A stretch of DNA of 64,000 nt from Mytilus trossulus (Eukaryota). The notes under the pieces are model-generated. The model was not told the origin of the DNA and made no database searches. It worked only from the letters and a program-made list of their open reading frames with translations. The stretch spans positions 71,238,001 to 71,302,000 of the forward strand of contig NC_086382.1 in NCBI RefSeq assembly GCF_036588685.1, read 5' to 3'. Below, in pieces: positions 23,813 to 35,295 of the stretch. A program made the position numbers and the translations under genes. The stretch's first letter is position 1. Each line of letters starts with the position of its first letter.

Positions 23813-24649
23813 ACCAATGTCAACTCGTACCATTAAAAAAAAACTTGTACTAATTCAAACTCATACCACAGTAAATTCATACAGTTGTAAACTCGTACCA
23901 ACTTAAAATTCAAATGCATTCAAATGGTGTGATGGATATATATACTTTAATTAACACAGGAAGTTCAGAGGCATGAAACTTGTAAAAATAGTGCAAACCC
24001 ACAAGCACATAACTACTGGTTGTAAAATTTTATTATTGAAATAGGAACCAACTACTTCCATTTGAATTGAAAAATCGAAAAAAATCAATTCAAAGGACGA
24101 AAAATTGTCAAATTGACGCTTTTTGTACATGATAACCAACTTTGGGCAAATTGAAGTATTATAAATTCAACTTTTTTTTATTAAGTTTTTAAAACACAAA
24201 AAGAATACCTTTTTAATGGTACGAGTTTGATGAAGTACGTGTTTACGTTGGTACAAGTTAACTTGCTTCCATTTTCATGTTAATGACGTCTTGGCAGGCT
24301 ATTTTAAATTTTTGTTTTCTTGCAACATTAGGCGTCAAAGAAAAAAATATTATATAGCCTTTCAAAACGTCATAATTATTTGGACCAAGTGTCAAGGAAG
24401 CCTCAAATATATGCATACACTTGTTTTGAGCCACATTAAGGTTTATGTGGACCCTTCAGCTAAAATGGCAGTTTTTTCACCTCAAAATTTACCTTAAGAA
24501 GTTAAGTGCAGACAAACCTGTACATCTGGAAAAGTTTTAAGGCATAGCATGCCCTAGATATAATCATATATTAACATTCAGAAGAAAAAAAATCATTGAT
24601 AAAAATGTGACAGTGTCTATATTTATGAATGTTAAAATGCACATTAATT

Positions 24650-24775
24650 CATTGGCAGATCCAGGGGGGGGGGGGGTCCGTGGTTGGAACCCCCTTTTTT
24701 GGGGCCAATCAATGCATTTGGATGGGGACATATAGTTGGAAACCCCCCTTTTTAAAATGGCTAGATCCACCACTG
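24650..24775. mobile_element. Short GC-rich MITE
   Basis: cattggcagatccag...ctagatccaccactg. Inverted relative of the copy at 7962-8099. Confidence 0.7.
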
Positions 24776-25281
24776 TAATTTGTAATATTTCTTCTCTTTA
24801 AACAAATAAAGTTTGCTTCAAACAACTCAATTTCAATATGATTATAGAATATTGTTGATCATCTCAAGGAGATTGATCTTCTTGCTTAAGCCAGTAAGAC
24901 AAAACTGAGGAAAGCAGTTGAGTTCAGATAACCAATGATAATCTGATTATGCATGTTATATCGTTATTTTACCTATGATAACTTCGTCAGTTTCATTGAT
25001 AGGGTTTTTCCTACTTCCTATTTTCATCAAAAAATCCTTTTGCATTGTATCAATTTATTTTTGGGAAAAAAAAATCTCTTGAAGTCTCTTCAGTCTTGTT
25101 TCTATAATTCACAGTTTCAATAGCTCCCATCCTTGCTTTCAATGCACATGATGCATTGTTTGTTTTTCTGTCCAAAATCTTGTTTATACTTTTATGAATT
25201 TACAGATATCCTTCATCTTTTTAACTCATACAATGTGGCACTTACTTACAATGTATGTCAATTATATCTTGAATATTGTAG

Positions 25282-26442
25282 GAGGAGGAGTTTATTACAC
25301 GGGATATATTTCTTCTCTCGGACAACAACTGGTACACATGGGAAGATTTGATCGCACAGGATTCATTTCCTCACTCAGACAACAACTGCTGTAAATGGGA
25401 TTTATGTGATTGCTGTCGCCAAGAGATTTACACATCAACCATGTCATCTAGTAAGACTGTTGAAAGTTATGTTGCTGAAATCATCACTAAGATAAAGGAT
25501 GCAGATTATCCATACTTAGACACCTTTTACGATACATTACAGAAAATGAGGTCTAGTGGTAAACAAAAACATGAAGATAATTACTGGAAAGTTTTACAAT
25601 GTTTGGGTGAGACTGGCTCAGACATGATCATAAGGTCCTTATTTCTTTGTGAACGAGCATCGTGTAAATGTCATATCAATCGTAACCTCTATGTCCTGAT
25701 GCAACTGTTTGTAGAAATGCAAAGTTCAGTCGCTGTTATCAAACATATCAATCTATATAAAGACAAAGTGGTGTCTGTGTTATTTAAAGCAGTACGACAG
25801 AGGGAAATTCCAGAACTCTCTCGTAAAGGGTTTGTCAGTTTGTACCGGTGTCTTCTTGTAGGAAAGTTTAGTATGGTTGAATTATACCTCCGCCATAACA
25901 TTTTCAGAGACATTCAAGAACACATCAAATGTAGATTGCAGTTTTACAGCATACCTAGTATGGAGGCGATTCAGTACTGTGCAAAGATTCTTCATGTAAT
26001 GGCATTGCTGGGAGGAACTAACACTCAACGTAGGATCAAATCCAGTCAGGCACTTAAACTTTTAATGGAATATGCCAAGAACTTCAATCCAAACCATCCT
26101 CAGATGGAGAAAAATTATATCTGGTGCTACCATAAAGAGGAACTATTCCTTCATTTCAACTCCCTGATTGAAATTCTGTTTGAGGAATCCCAGGAGAATC
26201 TTAAAGACAGTTGGCATCCCAAAGACAAACTGAGTGAAGATTTATCAGATGAAGCTAGTTATTTCTGTTCCTGTCCTAGTTGTAGAAAGCAGTGTTGTGA
26301 CAAAGACAAGTTTCTATATTGTGGTGCTTGTAAACTATCCAGATACTGTAGTGAGAAATGTCAGAAGGAACATTGGAAAAATGGTCATAAATCAACATGC
26401 CTCAGTGATCACTTACAGGAAAAGGACTTCAAATCAGTTTAA
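25282..26442 (+). CDS. MYND-type zinc-finger protein, large terminal exon
   Basis: tgtag acceptor extends the 364-aa ORF by EEEFITRDIFLLSDNNWYTWED. C-terminal CPSC...CGACKLSRYCSEKCQKEHWKNGHKSTC is a canonical MYND finger. The middle region looks alpha-helical. Confidence 0.88.
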   Translation, partial: EEEFITRDIFLLSDNNWYTWEDLIAQDSFPHSDNNCCKWDLCDCCRQEIYTSTMSSSKTVESYVAEIITKIKDADYPYLDTFYDTLQKMRSSGKQKHEDNYWKVLQCLGETGSDMIIRSLFLCERASCKCHINRNLYVLMQLFVEMQSSVAVIKHINLYKDKVVSVLFKAVRQREIPELSRKGFVSLYRCLLVGKFSMVELYLRHNIFRDIQEHIKCRLQFYSIPSMEAIQYCAKILHVMALLGGTNTQRRIKSSQALKLLMEYAKNFNPNHPQMEKNYIWCYHKEELFLHFNSLIEILFEESQENLKDSWHPKDKLSEDLSDEASYFCSCPSCRKQCCDKDKFLYCGACKLSRYCSEKCQKEHWKNGHKSTCLSDHLQEKDFKSV

Positions 26443-28384
26443 AACTTGTCATACAAAGTAACGTGTACACGCTTGTTTCCAACAGGAGAGGGTTTTTGTA
26501 TACATACCTCAATGCTCTGATTGATGATGTCTACATAAAGACATTTTCTATGACTTCATGTACATTTTGTACTTGTTTATTTCAAGCTTTTAATTTGCTT
26601 CTGTTCAAACAATCCACAAACCATAAAAGATTTCCATGATGCAAACTTGTATAAAAGTTAATTAAGTGAGCCATTTTATTTGAATGTGATTTTTATACAC
26701 GTATGTAAATGTGTCACAAATTTAAAACCTTTTTAATTACCATTTCAGTCTGTTTTTATTGAGAAAAATCACCTTTTTTGGGGGCATTTACCACTGTTTA
26801 CATGTTCAATATCTTCTACTATGTCTGTATAAATACATATACATGTACAAATGTACAATAACATGGGTATGGAATTTACTTTAAAAATTTGTGTATATCA
26901 GTGTTCTGATTATTATGACTTGTTTACTAGTCATGCTAGTTTTGTTTTTCAATTACATTTTAATATCGCATGTGTTCAGTTAAAAAAAGCAATCTTGTAT
27001 TGTAAACTGTTACCCAGTTATACATTTTGTATGATAATTAGTATGTAAATGTTGTTATACAGTAACTCATAGTCATAGACGATGCTACATGTATAACTTA
27101 CGACAGTACAAAAGTCAAAAGATTATTTTAGTCTTTATATTCATGTACTGTTGTACATGTCACATTGTACATCACTACATGTACACAAAATGTACATAGC
27201 CTTACACAATTTTAACTTCTACCTGTATTTGATAAGATAAATGATTATACCTTAGTTTTAGAAAGTTAGGAAGATTTTAATTAAAACAGAACTGTACATG
27301 TATGTATTTAAATGTCAGAAATTTAACATAGATCATGTAGACTAAATTTATCATTTTAACATCAAATAAGAAAGAAAAATTTATCACTATATATCTCAAC
27401 TTTTAAAGTTCAATTTTGAACCTAACTGGTAATTTTTGCAAAAATAAATACACGCAAATCTAAATCAAACCTTTCACCTGTAAGGCAATAACTATAAAAT
27501 CACGAAAATATATAAATGCGAACATGTTTGAAATACATAATTCGCAAAAAATAAGTACCCGCGAAAAAAGTACAAGTACAGTATATGAATATATGGTGTT
27601 CAGTTCAGTTTTTTTTCTGTGCTTTTTAGAGAGGTGCTTGGTCATGTTGGTGATTGTGATTAGGAGTTGAAAACTTGTAGTGCTACTTTCTTCCATGTAT
27701 ATTTTACCATTCCCAATTCTGATATATGTCTAAAGTCCTAAATGTACATTTACTGATTGTGAAAATAAGTCTACTCTTCTCCATTATCTTATCACTATAT
27801 TAAGTATGAATGTTAGAATAGTAAGAATACTTGGAATATTGTGAAAGAAATATTAATAACATTTGTTTATTATTAACGTAATTTGGTTGCAGTGGACATG
27901 ATGGATAAGAAGAACATTTTTCAATTTACCAAATTTCTTTTTTGCTTCATTTTCAATTACTTTAGTTTTGTAAAATATTCATTTCCAAGCTTCTCTATGC
28001 AGTCAATGTTTAATTATACTCTGGTAAAAACTTTTGATAACTTTTAATGATTAATATGAAATCTTTCCAAATGCCTTATGATGCTTTTCAAACATATTTG
28101 CTACAGTAATATATAAGTTTGATTGAGAGTAATAAAATTCAAGACACAATTTTTGCGTCTAACAGCCGCTGGCTTGAAACAATATAATGTACATGGTTCA
28201 TCATTGGTTGGTGAAAGTCATTATTTTGATACATAATATACTCTATACAAATCTTGCTAAGATAATGCTGTTTAGCCTGTTAAACAGTCATTGACAGTGA
28301 AAAAAATAGGATTAACAATTCAGTTGTATTGAAGACTTTACAAACATTTACCATAATTTTGTATAGTACATTTGTACTTATTAT

Positions 28385-28700
28385 TATATAATTTAATTTT
28401 GGATGTAACACATCTTCTGATTGGCTGACATTATTTTGGTTATCAGCCGATAGACATAATTTAGTCATGTGACCGTGACATCATCAACGTTTTTTCATGG
28501 TTTTCTATGGTTTAAAGTAGAATGTATAATTAAGTTATAAGAAATGACTAGTATCATGAATATTTTTTCTGTCTATTCGAAATAACATAAAAATGTGGTA
28601 CACACTGTTAAATAACCTGCTACACGCTTTATTCAGTGTGAACCAAATTTCTTATGTTATTTCTTTATAGACAGAAAAAATATTACAGTCATTCCTTAAA
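28385..28700. repeat. Interspersed repeat with a long terminal hairpin
   Basis: Imperfect inverted repeat at ~28538-28698 (aatattttttctgtctat...cacactg / cagtgtg...atagacagaaaaaatatt). Confidence 0.5.
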
Positions 28701-29799
28701 TAAATTTACCGCAACTGGCAAGACTGAGTACAATATATGTATTGATCCTAATCGGTCAAAAAAAGCAATTCAATGATCATGATGATGTTAATTTCTTTTG
28801 TAAATGATGAAATATATATTTCTGTGCTATCTAGTCCCACATAGGTGTTCACATACAACATGTACAAACTCGGTGCTCTTTGACTCATTTTATCATTGTT
28901 ACAGTACTTGGAAACTTTAAGTATTGATAGGCAGCCGCCTTACCTAACATGGCTAATGTTAAATGTATACATGTAAATAATATTGCTTTGAATTCTGTAG
29001 TTATTTTTAGTTTTTTGTTCGAATCTTTAAGAGAAGAAAGATCTGTTATTAGTCAGTTTTATTGTGTTCTGTTTAATATTGTGCAACTTATGCAGTTAAT
29101 TCCTACACAAATGGTATTTTTTTAAACATGAATTAAGGATGGGACCACAAACACTTTGTTGTCTTTTTTTTAAAAGGACTAGACATTTATAGGTGAAAAA
29201 CCGAAATATTATACTGGCTTAATGTTTTGGTTTTTTTTTAAATCGAAATCTTTTAAGAGGATCTTTACAACTTGTCAAGTTATCTGGTTACATGTTTGGT
29301 CATGATGTGTTGAAAATGAAAATGATTTACTCAAATTCTCTGTTATTTATTTCCCTCTATCATGTCTATTCCATGTTTTTACCTTGTTCTTATGTTTTAT
29401 CATGGTTTGATTTTTGCTCAGGCCTGTAAATACCTGTATTGCAAATTTGTTAACCTTTTTGGTGCTTGATCACATTTACACAATTTAAAATGTCATCATT
29501 TATTGAAATAATTGTATTATATGGGCCTATATGATAAGTATAGTTAAACCAACACATTGTTGTTCTCACATTGATATTCAGGAAAATAATTGGGTTTATG
29601 CAATGTATTAGCTAAAGGGCATTACTTTTTGTTATATTGTGCATTTCTTGTTAAAAATTAAAATTGGAAAAAAATTGCTGTATTTACTCATTACTTGGTA
29701 TTTACCTTCTTGGTCAACAATGGCCAATGTTAGCTGCTGGTAACATTTTATGTCCATTATGTTGCATTCAAGATATAAAAAAATAAGAGCATTGCAACT

Positions 29800-32460
29800 T
29801 AAGGCTAAAATTTGGAGGGGAATTCCTTCAGTTTTTGACTGGCCAATAATGAAAATTGTGGAAAAGAAACATTGGCTTTTAGTTTTTGCCTGGTCTATAA
29901 TGAAAGTTGTGGATGGGAGACAAGAGAACATTAAGTTTTGTTTGGCCTATAATGAAAGTTGTAGAGGGGAGACATTAGCATTCAGTTTTTGTCTGGCCTA
30001 CAATGCATTTTGAGGAGGCCGTACATATGCAATCAGTGTTTTGCCTGGCTTATAAATAAAGCTGTGGAGGGGAAACATAAGCATTCAGTTTTTGTCTGGC
30101 CTACAATGCAATTGTGGAGGCAGGACATGCATTCATTTGTTTCTGGCCCACAATGAAAATTGTGGAGGTGAGACTTACGCATTCAGTTTTTTGGCTGGTC
30201 TTTATTTCAAGTGGTGGAGGGGAGACATGCATTCAGTTTTTGTTTGGCCTACAATACAAGTTGAAGGGGTGGGTGACAAGCCTTCAGTTTTTTGTCTGGC
30301 CTATAATGAAAGTTGTGGAGAGGAGACATAAATATTCAGTTTTTGTCTGGCCTACAATGAAAGTTGTGGAGGGGAGAAATAAGCATACAGATTTTGTCTG
30401 GTCTACAATGAAAGTTGTGGAGGGGAGACATAATTATTCAGCTTTTGTCTTGCCTACAATGAAAGTTGTGGAGGGGAGACATATGCATTCAGTTTTTGTC
30501 TGGCCTATAATGAAAGTTGTGGAGAGGAGACATACACATTCAGTTTTTGTCTGGCCCATAAAGAAAGTTGTAAAGGCCAGACATGCATTCAGTTTTTGTC
30601 TGGCCTATAATGACGTTGTGGAGGGGAGACATATGCATTCAGTTTCTGTCTGGCCTATAATGAAAGTTGTGGAGGGGATAATTAGCATACATATTTTGTC
30701 TGGTCTATTATGAAAGTTGTGGAGGGGAGACATACACATTCATTTTTTGTCTGGCTTATAATGAAAGTTGTGGAGGGGAGACATATGCATTCAGTTTTTG
30801 TCTGACCTACAATGAAAGTTGTGGAGGGGAGACATATGCATTCAGTTTTTGTCTGTCCTATAATGAAAGTTGTGGAGGGGAGACCTATGCATTCAGTTTC
30901 TGTCTGGCCTTAATGAAAGTTGTGGAGGGGATAATTAGCATACAGATTTTGTCTGGTCTATTATGAAAGTTGTGGAGGGGAGACATACACATTCAGTTTT
31001 TGTCTGGCCTATAATGAAAGTTGTGGAGGGGAGACATATGCATTCAGTTTTTGTCTGGCCTATAATGAAAGTTGTAGAGGGGAGACATATGCATTCAGTT
31101 TTTGTCTGGCCTATAATGAAAGTTGTGGAGGGAGACATATGCATTCAGTTTTTGTCTGGCCTATAATGAAAGTTGTGGAGGGGAGACATATGCATTCAGT
31201 TTTTGTCTGGCCTATAACGAAAGTTGTGGAGTGGAGACATATGCATTCAGTTTTTGTCTGGCCTATAATGAAAGTTGTGGAGAGGAAACATAAGCATTCA
31301 GTTTTTGTCTGGCCTACAATGAAAGTTGTGGAGGGGAGAAATAAGCATACAGATTTTGTCTGGTCTATAATGAAAGTTGTGTAGGGGAGACATACTCATT
31401 CAATTTTTGTCTGGCCGATAATGAAAGTTGTGGAGGGGAGACATGCATTCAGTTTTTGTCTGGCCTATAATGAAAGTTGTAGAGAGGAAACATAAGCATT
31501 CAGTTTTTGTCTGGCCTATAATGAAAGTTGTGGAGGAGGGATATAGTCATTCAGTTTTTGTCTGGCCTACATTGCAGTTGTGGAGGGGAGACATACACAT
31601 TCAGTGTTTGTCTGGCCAATAAGAAAAGTTGTGGAGGAGAGATATAGTCATTCAGTTTTTGGTCTGGCCAACAATGCAATTTGTCGAGACGAGACATAAG
31701 CATTCATTTTTTTTTCGCCTGGTCAATAATGAAATGTGTGGAGGGGAGACATAAACATTCAGTTTATTTTGCATGGCCTATCATGAAAATTGTGGATGGG
31801 AGCTCGAGACAAAAGCATTCAGTTTATTTTGCCTGGCCTATAATCATGATAATAATAGTTTTGATGGGGAAACATACACATTCAGTTTTTTGTTTGGTCT
31901 ACAATAAAAGCTGTGGAGGGGAGACATACACATTCAGTTTTTGCCTGGCCTATAATTAAACTTGTGGAGGAGAGATATAGTAATTCAGTTTTTGTCTAGC
32001 CTACAATGCAGTCGTGGAGGGGAGACATACACATTCAGTTTTTGTATGGCCTACAATGAAAGTTGTGGAGGAGAGATATAGTAATTCTGTTTTTGTCTGG
32101 CCTGCACTGCAGTTGTGGAGGGGAGACATACACATTCAGTTTTTGCCTGGCCTATATTGAAAGTTGTGGAGGAGAGATATAGTCATTCAGTTTTTGTCAG
32201 GCCTACAATGCAAGTAGTGGAGGCGAGACATGCATTCAGTTTATTTTGCCTGGCCTATCATGAAGGATCTCTATGGAAATATTTGGTTGTTGTCTGGCCT
32301 ATAATAAAAGTTGTGGAGGGGAGACCAAAGCATTCAGTTTTTGTTTCACCTACAATTCAAGTCGTGGGGGCAAAGATAAACATTCATATTTATTTTGCCT
32401 GGGCTATACTGAAAGTTGTGATGGGAAGTCATATGCATCAAGTTCAGTTTATGTTGCCTG
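29800..32460. repeat. ~51-bp tandem satellite, left part
   Basis: Consensus cattcagtttttgtctggcctataatgaaagttgtggaggggagacatatg, about 50 units. Confidence 0.95.
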
Positions 32461-32632
32461 TGTCAAAGATTCACGACCTTGTTCAAACGTACCCAACGTT
32501 ACTATTGTTGACGTAACGTTATTGTAACGCAAACTTGTATGGGATCTGAATTATAGAATTGAAAGCAACACAACGTCTTTTTATTGCCTACAAAAGCGAA
32601 GTACTAACCCTAGCATCATAGCATCTTACATA
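32461..32632 (+). repeat. 5' LTR
   Basis: TGTCAAAG...CTTACATA, identical to the 3' LTR by eye. Confidence 0.93.
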
Positions 32633-32847
32633 TTGGTACCGTGACCGATGGATAAGCTGAAAGCAGTGAGGCCACAGAAGCGCCGTAACCAGACAGAATA
32701 TCAGAATGTAGATCACGATATAAATGTCGTAAATGTGACAAGAGACATCACACTGCTCTATGTAATCAGGAAATTCAAGCACCTGTACCTCCCGCTGATG
32801 CCGCCGCTGTCAATACAGTAAATGTTAATGGAGAAGAAAGTAACCCT

Positions 32848-35295
32848 ATGTCAACGTTTTACACGTCAACACCACAAGCACAGGCACATACCGAGATACT
32901 TCTTAAGACAGCAGTAGCACCTGTATGGTTCGAGGATCGGAGCGCGATGTCTAACATTTTACTAGATGAAGGGTCTCAGAAATCATTTATTTCAGAAGAT
33001 TTAGCAGCACAATTACAACTTAAACCTTGTGGAAATTCTACAATTAGTTTATCAACTTTTGGAAACGCCAACCAGAACGTGAGACACATGGATAAGGCTC
33101 AGATTACTTTAGAAATTGAAACTGGTGGATTTATTCCTATGGATGTACTGATAGTACCGCGCATTGCCGCACCCCTCAGTAATGTTACAAATGTCATCGC
33201 TTCAAAACTGCTATATTTCAAAGGATTACGATTAGCTAACCCAGTCACAGAGGATAGGAAATTTGAACTTTCTCTTTTAATTGGAGCGGACTACTATTGG
33301 AGTATTGTGCAGGATCACGTGATCAGAGGAGATGGGCCAACGGCCGTAAAATCCCGTTTGGGATACTTGTTGTCAGGACCGATGCATACTTTTACAGGAG
33401 AACAATCATCAACAGGAATGTTTAATGTACTGATTCAACATCAACAAGAGGAAAGCAGCCTGGAAAAGTTTTGGGATTTAGAATCTATTGGTGTCAAAGC
33501 AGACGAATTAGAAACAACCACCATGAAAGACTTCAATGATGAATACGAAACAAAATGCATAACTTACCAAGATAATCGCTATACCGCAAAACTGCCATGG
33601 AGAAATGATTTCAATGAGTTACCTACGAACTATAATGTCACTTTACGCAGAACTTGTAATATGATCGATAGACTCAAAAAGGATACCAACATGCTGAAAA
33701 TGTATGGCGACATAATTAAGGACCAAAAACACCGAGGGTTCATTGAGCGGGTAACAGAAAATGGAAACCAGTCAAACAGAATTCACTACATTCCTCACCA
33801 TGCAGTAAAAAAGGACTCATCTACGACTCCTATACGTATAGTCTATGATTGTAGTTGTCACGAATCACCTCACAAGGCTAGTTTAAACGATTGTCTCATG
33901 TCAGTTCCGCCGATGTTAAACGATTTGACGGGAATTTTAGCTAGATTCAGATTACACAAGCACGCAGTGACTACCGACATAGAGAAAGCGTTTTTGAATG
34001 TCGAACTGGATAAAGAAGATAGGGACGTCACAAGATTTTTTTGGTTGAGTGATCCATCTGACCCAGACAGTCCACTAATAACTTACCGTTTTAGAGTCGT
34101 TCTATTTGGAACTACATGCTCACCTTACATCTTGAATGCCACCCTTATGAAGCACTTCAAACTCAATTCTTGTAAAACAGCCGAGATACTGAAAAACGAC
34201 CTGTATGTTGACAATGTTTTGTCAAGCTTCTGGGATGAGAAAGAAATGCTGAAATTCTACAGAGAATCACGAGATTTATTGGCAAGAGGAGGATTCAATC
34301 TGAGATCATGGACGTCAAATAGCACAGAATTACTACGCTTAGCCCAATCTGAAAAATGCATAGAAAGAGATACGAACATCAAAATTCTTGGTCTCCGTTG
34401 GAATGTGAACAACGATCAAATCTCGTTTCGAAACAACATAAATACAACAACGGAAAGGATAATAACAAAACGTGAGATCTTAAAACAATCTTCAAACATT
34501 TATGATCCGCTAGGTCTGCTTAGCCCCGTCACCGTCAGAACAAAGATGTTAATGCAATTGTTGTGGAAAGAAAAGTTTGCATGGGACTGCCCTTTACCAA
34601 AAGAAATCGAATCAACATGGAGTGATTTGACCAAAGATCTACAATTTGCAATGAACATTGAGATTCCTAGATGTTATTTTGAATGTTCAGGAATAACGGA
34701 CATTGAAACAGCAGAATTACATATTTTCACAGATTCAAGTCAACTAGCTTATGGAACCTGTGCGTATCTTGTCACAGAAAAGGAGTCTGCATTAGTAATG
34801 GCAAAGAATCGAGTTGCCCCATTGAAAAGTGTCACTCTACCTAATCTTGAACTGATGGCTGCCCTTTTAGGGGCTCGACTTGCGAAACATCTTATTCAAA
34901 ATCTACATATTGGAAACTTACAAATCAACTTCTGGTGTGACAGTCAGATCGTTTTGAAATGGCTTCAATCAACAAAACCACTCAAAAAGTTTGTCGCAAA
35001 CAGAGTCAAGGAAATTAAGGAGTCAAATGAAAATCTAAAATGGCGTTATTGTCCGACGGATGCAAATCCTGCAGATTTATTAACTAGAGGCATAACAGGA
35101 ACGAAATTCATAAACAACAGATTATGGTTTCATGGACCCGAGTGGATAACAGACAAAACACAATGGCCAACATGGAGCGGAAACGAAATTGTTGAAAACG
35201 AGAATTTAATGGAGATTCCCACTAATGAAACCTCAGAAAAACAGCACGTCTTGCTCACATCTCGATCAGAAACGTCAAGAATTTGGCATACATAA
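32848..35295 (+). CDS. BEL/Pao pol part 1: aspartic protease, reverse transcriptase, RNase H
   Basis: ILLDEGSQKSFI, LLIGADY, YIPHHAV, RIVYDCS, DIEKAFL, LYVDN, LHIFTDSS, LELMAA, WCDSQIVL, NPADLLTRG. Confidence 0.92.
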   Translation: MSTFYTSTPQAQAHTEILLKTAVAPVWFEDRSAMSNILLDEGSQKSFISEDLAAQLQLKPCGNSTISLSTFGNANQNVRHMDKAQITLEIETGGFIPMDVLIVPRIAAPLSNVTNVIASKLLYFKGLRLANPVTEDRKFELSLLIGADYYWSIVQDHVIRGDGPTAVKSRLGYLLSGPMHTFTGEQSSTGMFNVLIQHQQEESSLEKFWDLESIGVKADELETTTMKDFNDEYETKCITYQDNRYTAKLPWRNDFNELPTNYNVTLRRTCNMIDRLKKDTNMLKMYGDIIKDQKHRGFIERVTENGNQSNRIHYIPHHAVKKDSSTTPIRIVYDCSCHESPHKASLNDCLMSVPPMLNDLTGILARFRLHKHAVTTDIEKAFLNVELDKEDRDVTRFFWLSDPSDPDSPLITYRFRVVLFGTTCSPYILNATLMKHFKLNSCKTAEILKNDLYVDNVLSSFWDEKEMLKFYRESRDLLARGGFNLRSWTSNSTELLRLAQSEKCIERDTNIKILGLRWNVNNDQISFRNNINTTTERIITKREILKQSSNIYDPLGLLSPVTVRTKMLMQLLWKEKFAWDCPLPKEIESTWSDLTKDLQFAMNIEIPRCYFECSGITDIETAELHIFTDSSQLAYGTCAYLVTEKESALVMAKNRVAPLKSVTLPNLELMAALLGARLAKHLIQNLHIGNLQINFWCDSQIVLKWLQSTKPLKKFVANRVKEIKESNENLKWRYCPTDANPADLLTRGITGTKFINNRLWFHGPEWITDKTQWPTWSGNEIVENENLMEIPTNETSEKQHVLLTSRSETSRIWHT

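Noticed and set aside
30092-32527. Repetitive ORFs (HSVFVWPIMKVVEGRH and antisense TTFIIGQTKTEC)
   Set aside because: By-products of a 51-bp unit. Frames break frequently and there are no splice signals or unique domains.
35225-35295. Programmed frameshift between RNase H and integrase
   Set aside because: No clear slippery heptamer, and BEL pol is normally continuous. More likely a mutation or sequencing indel.
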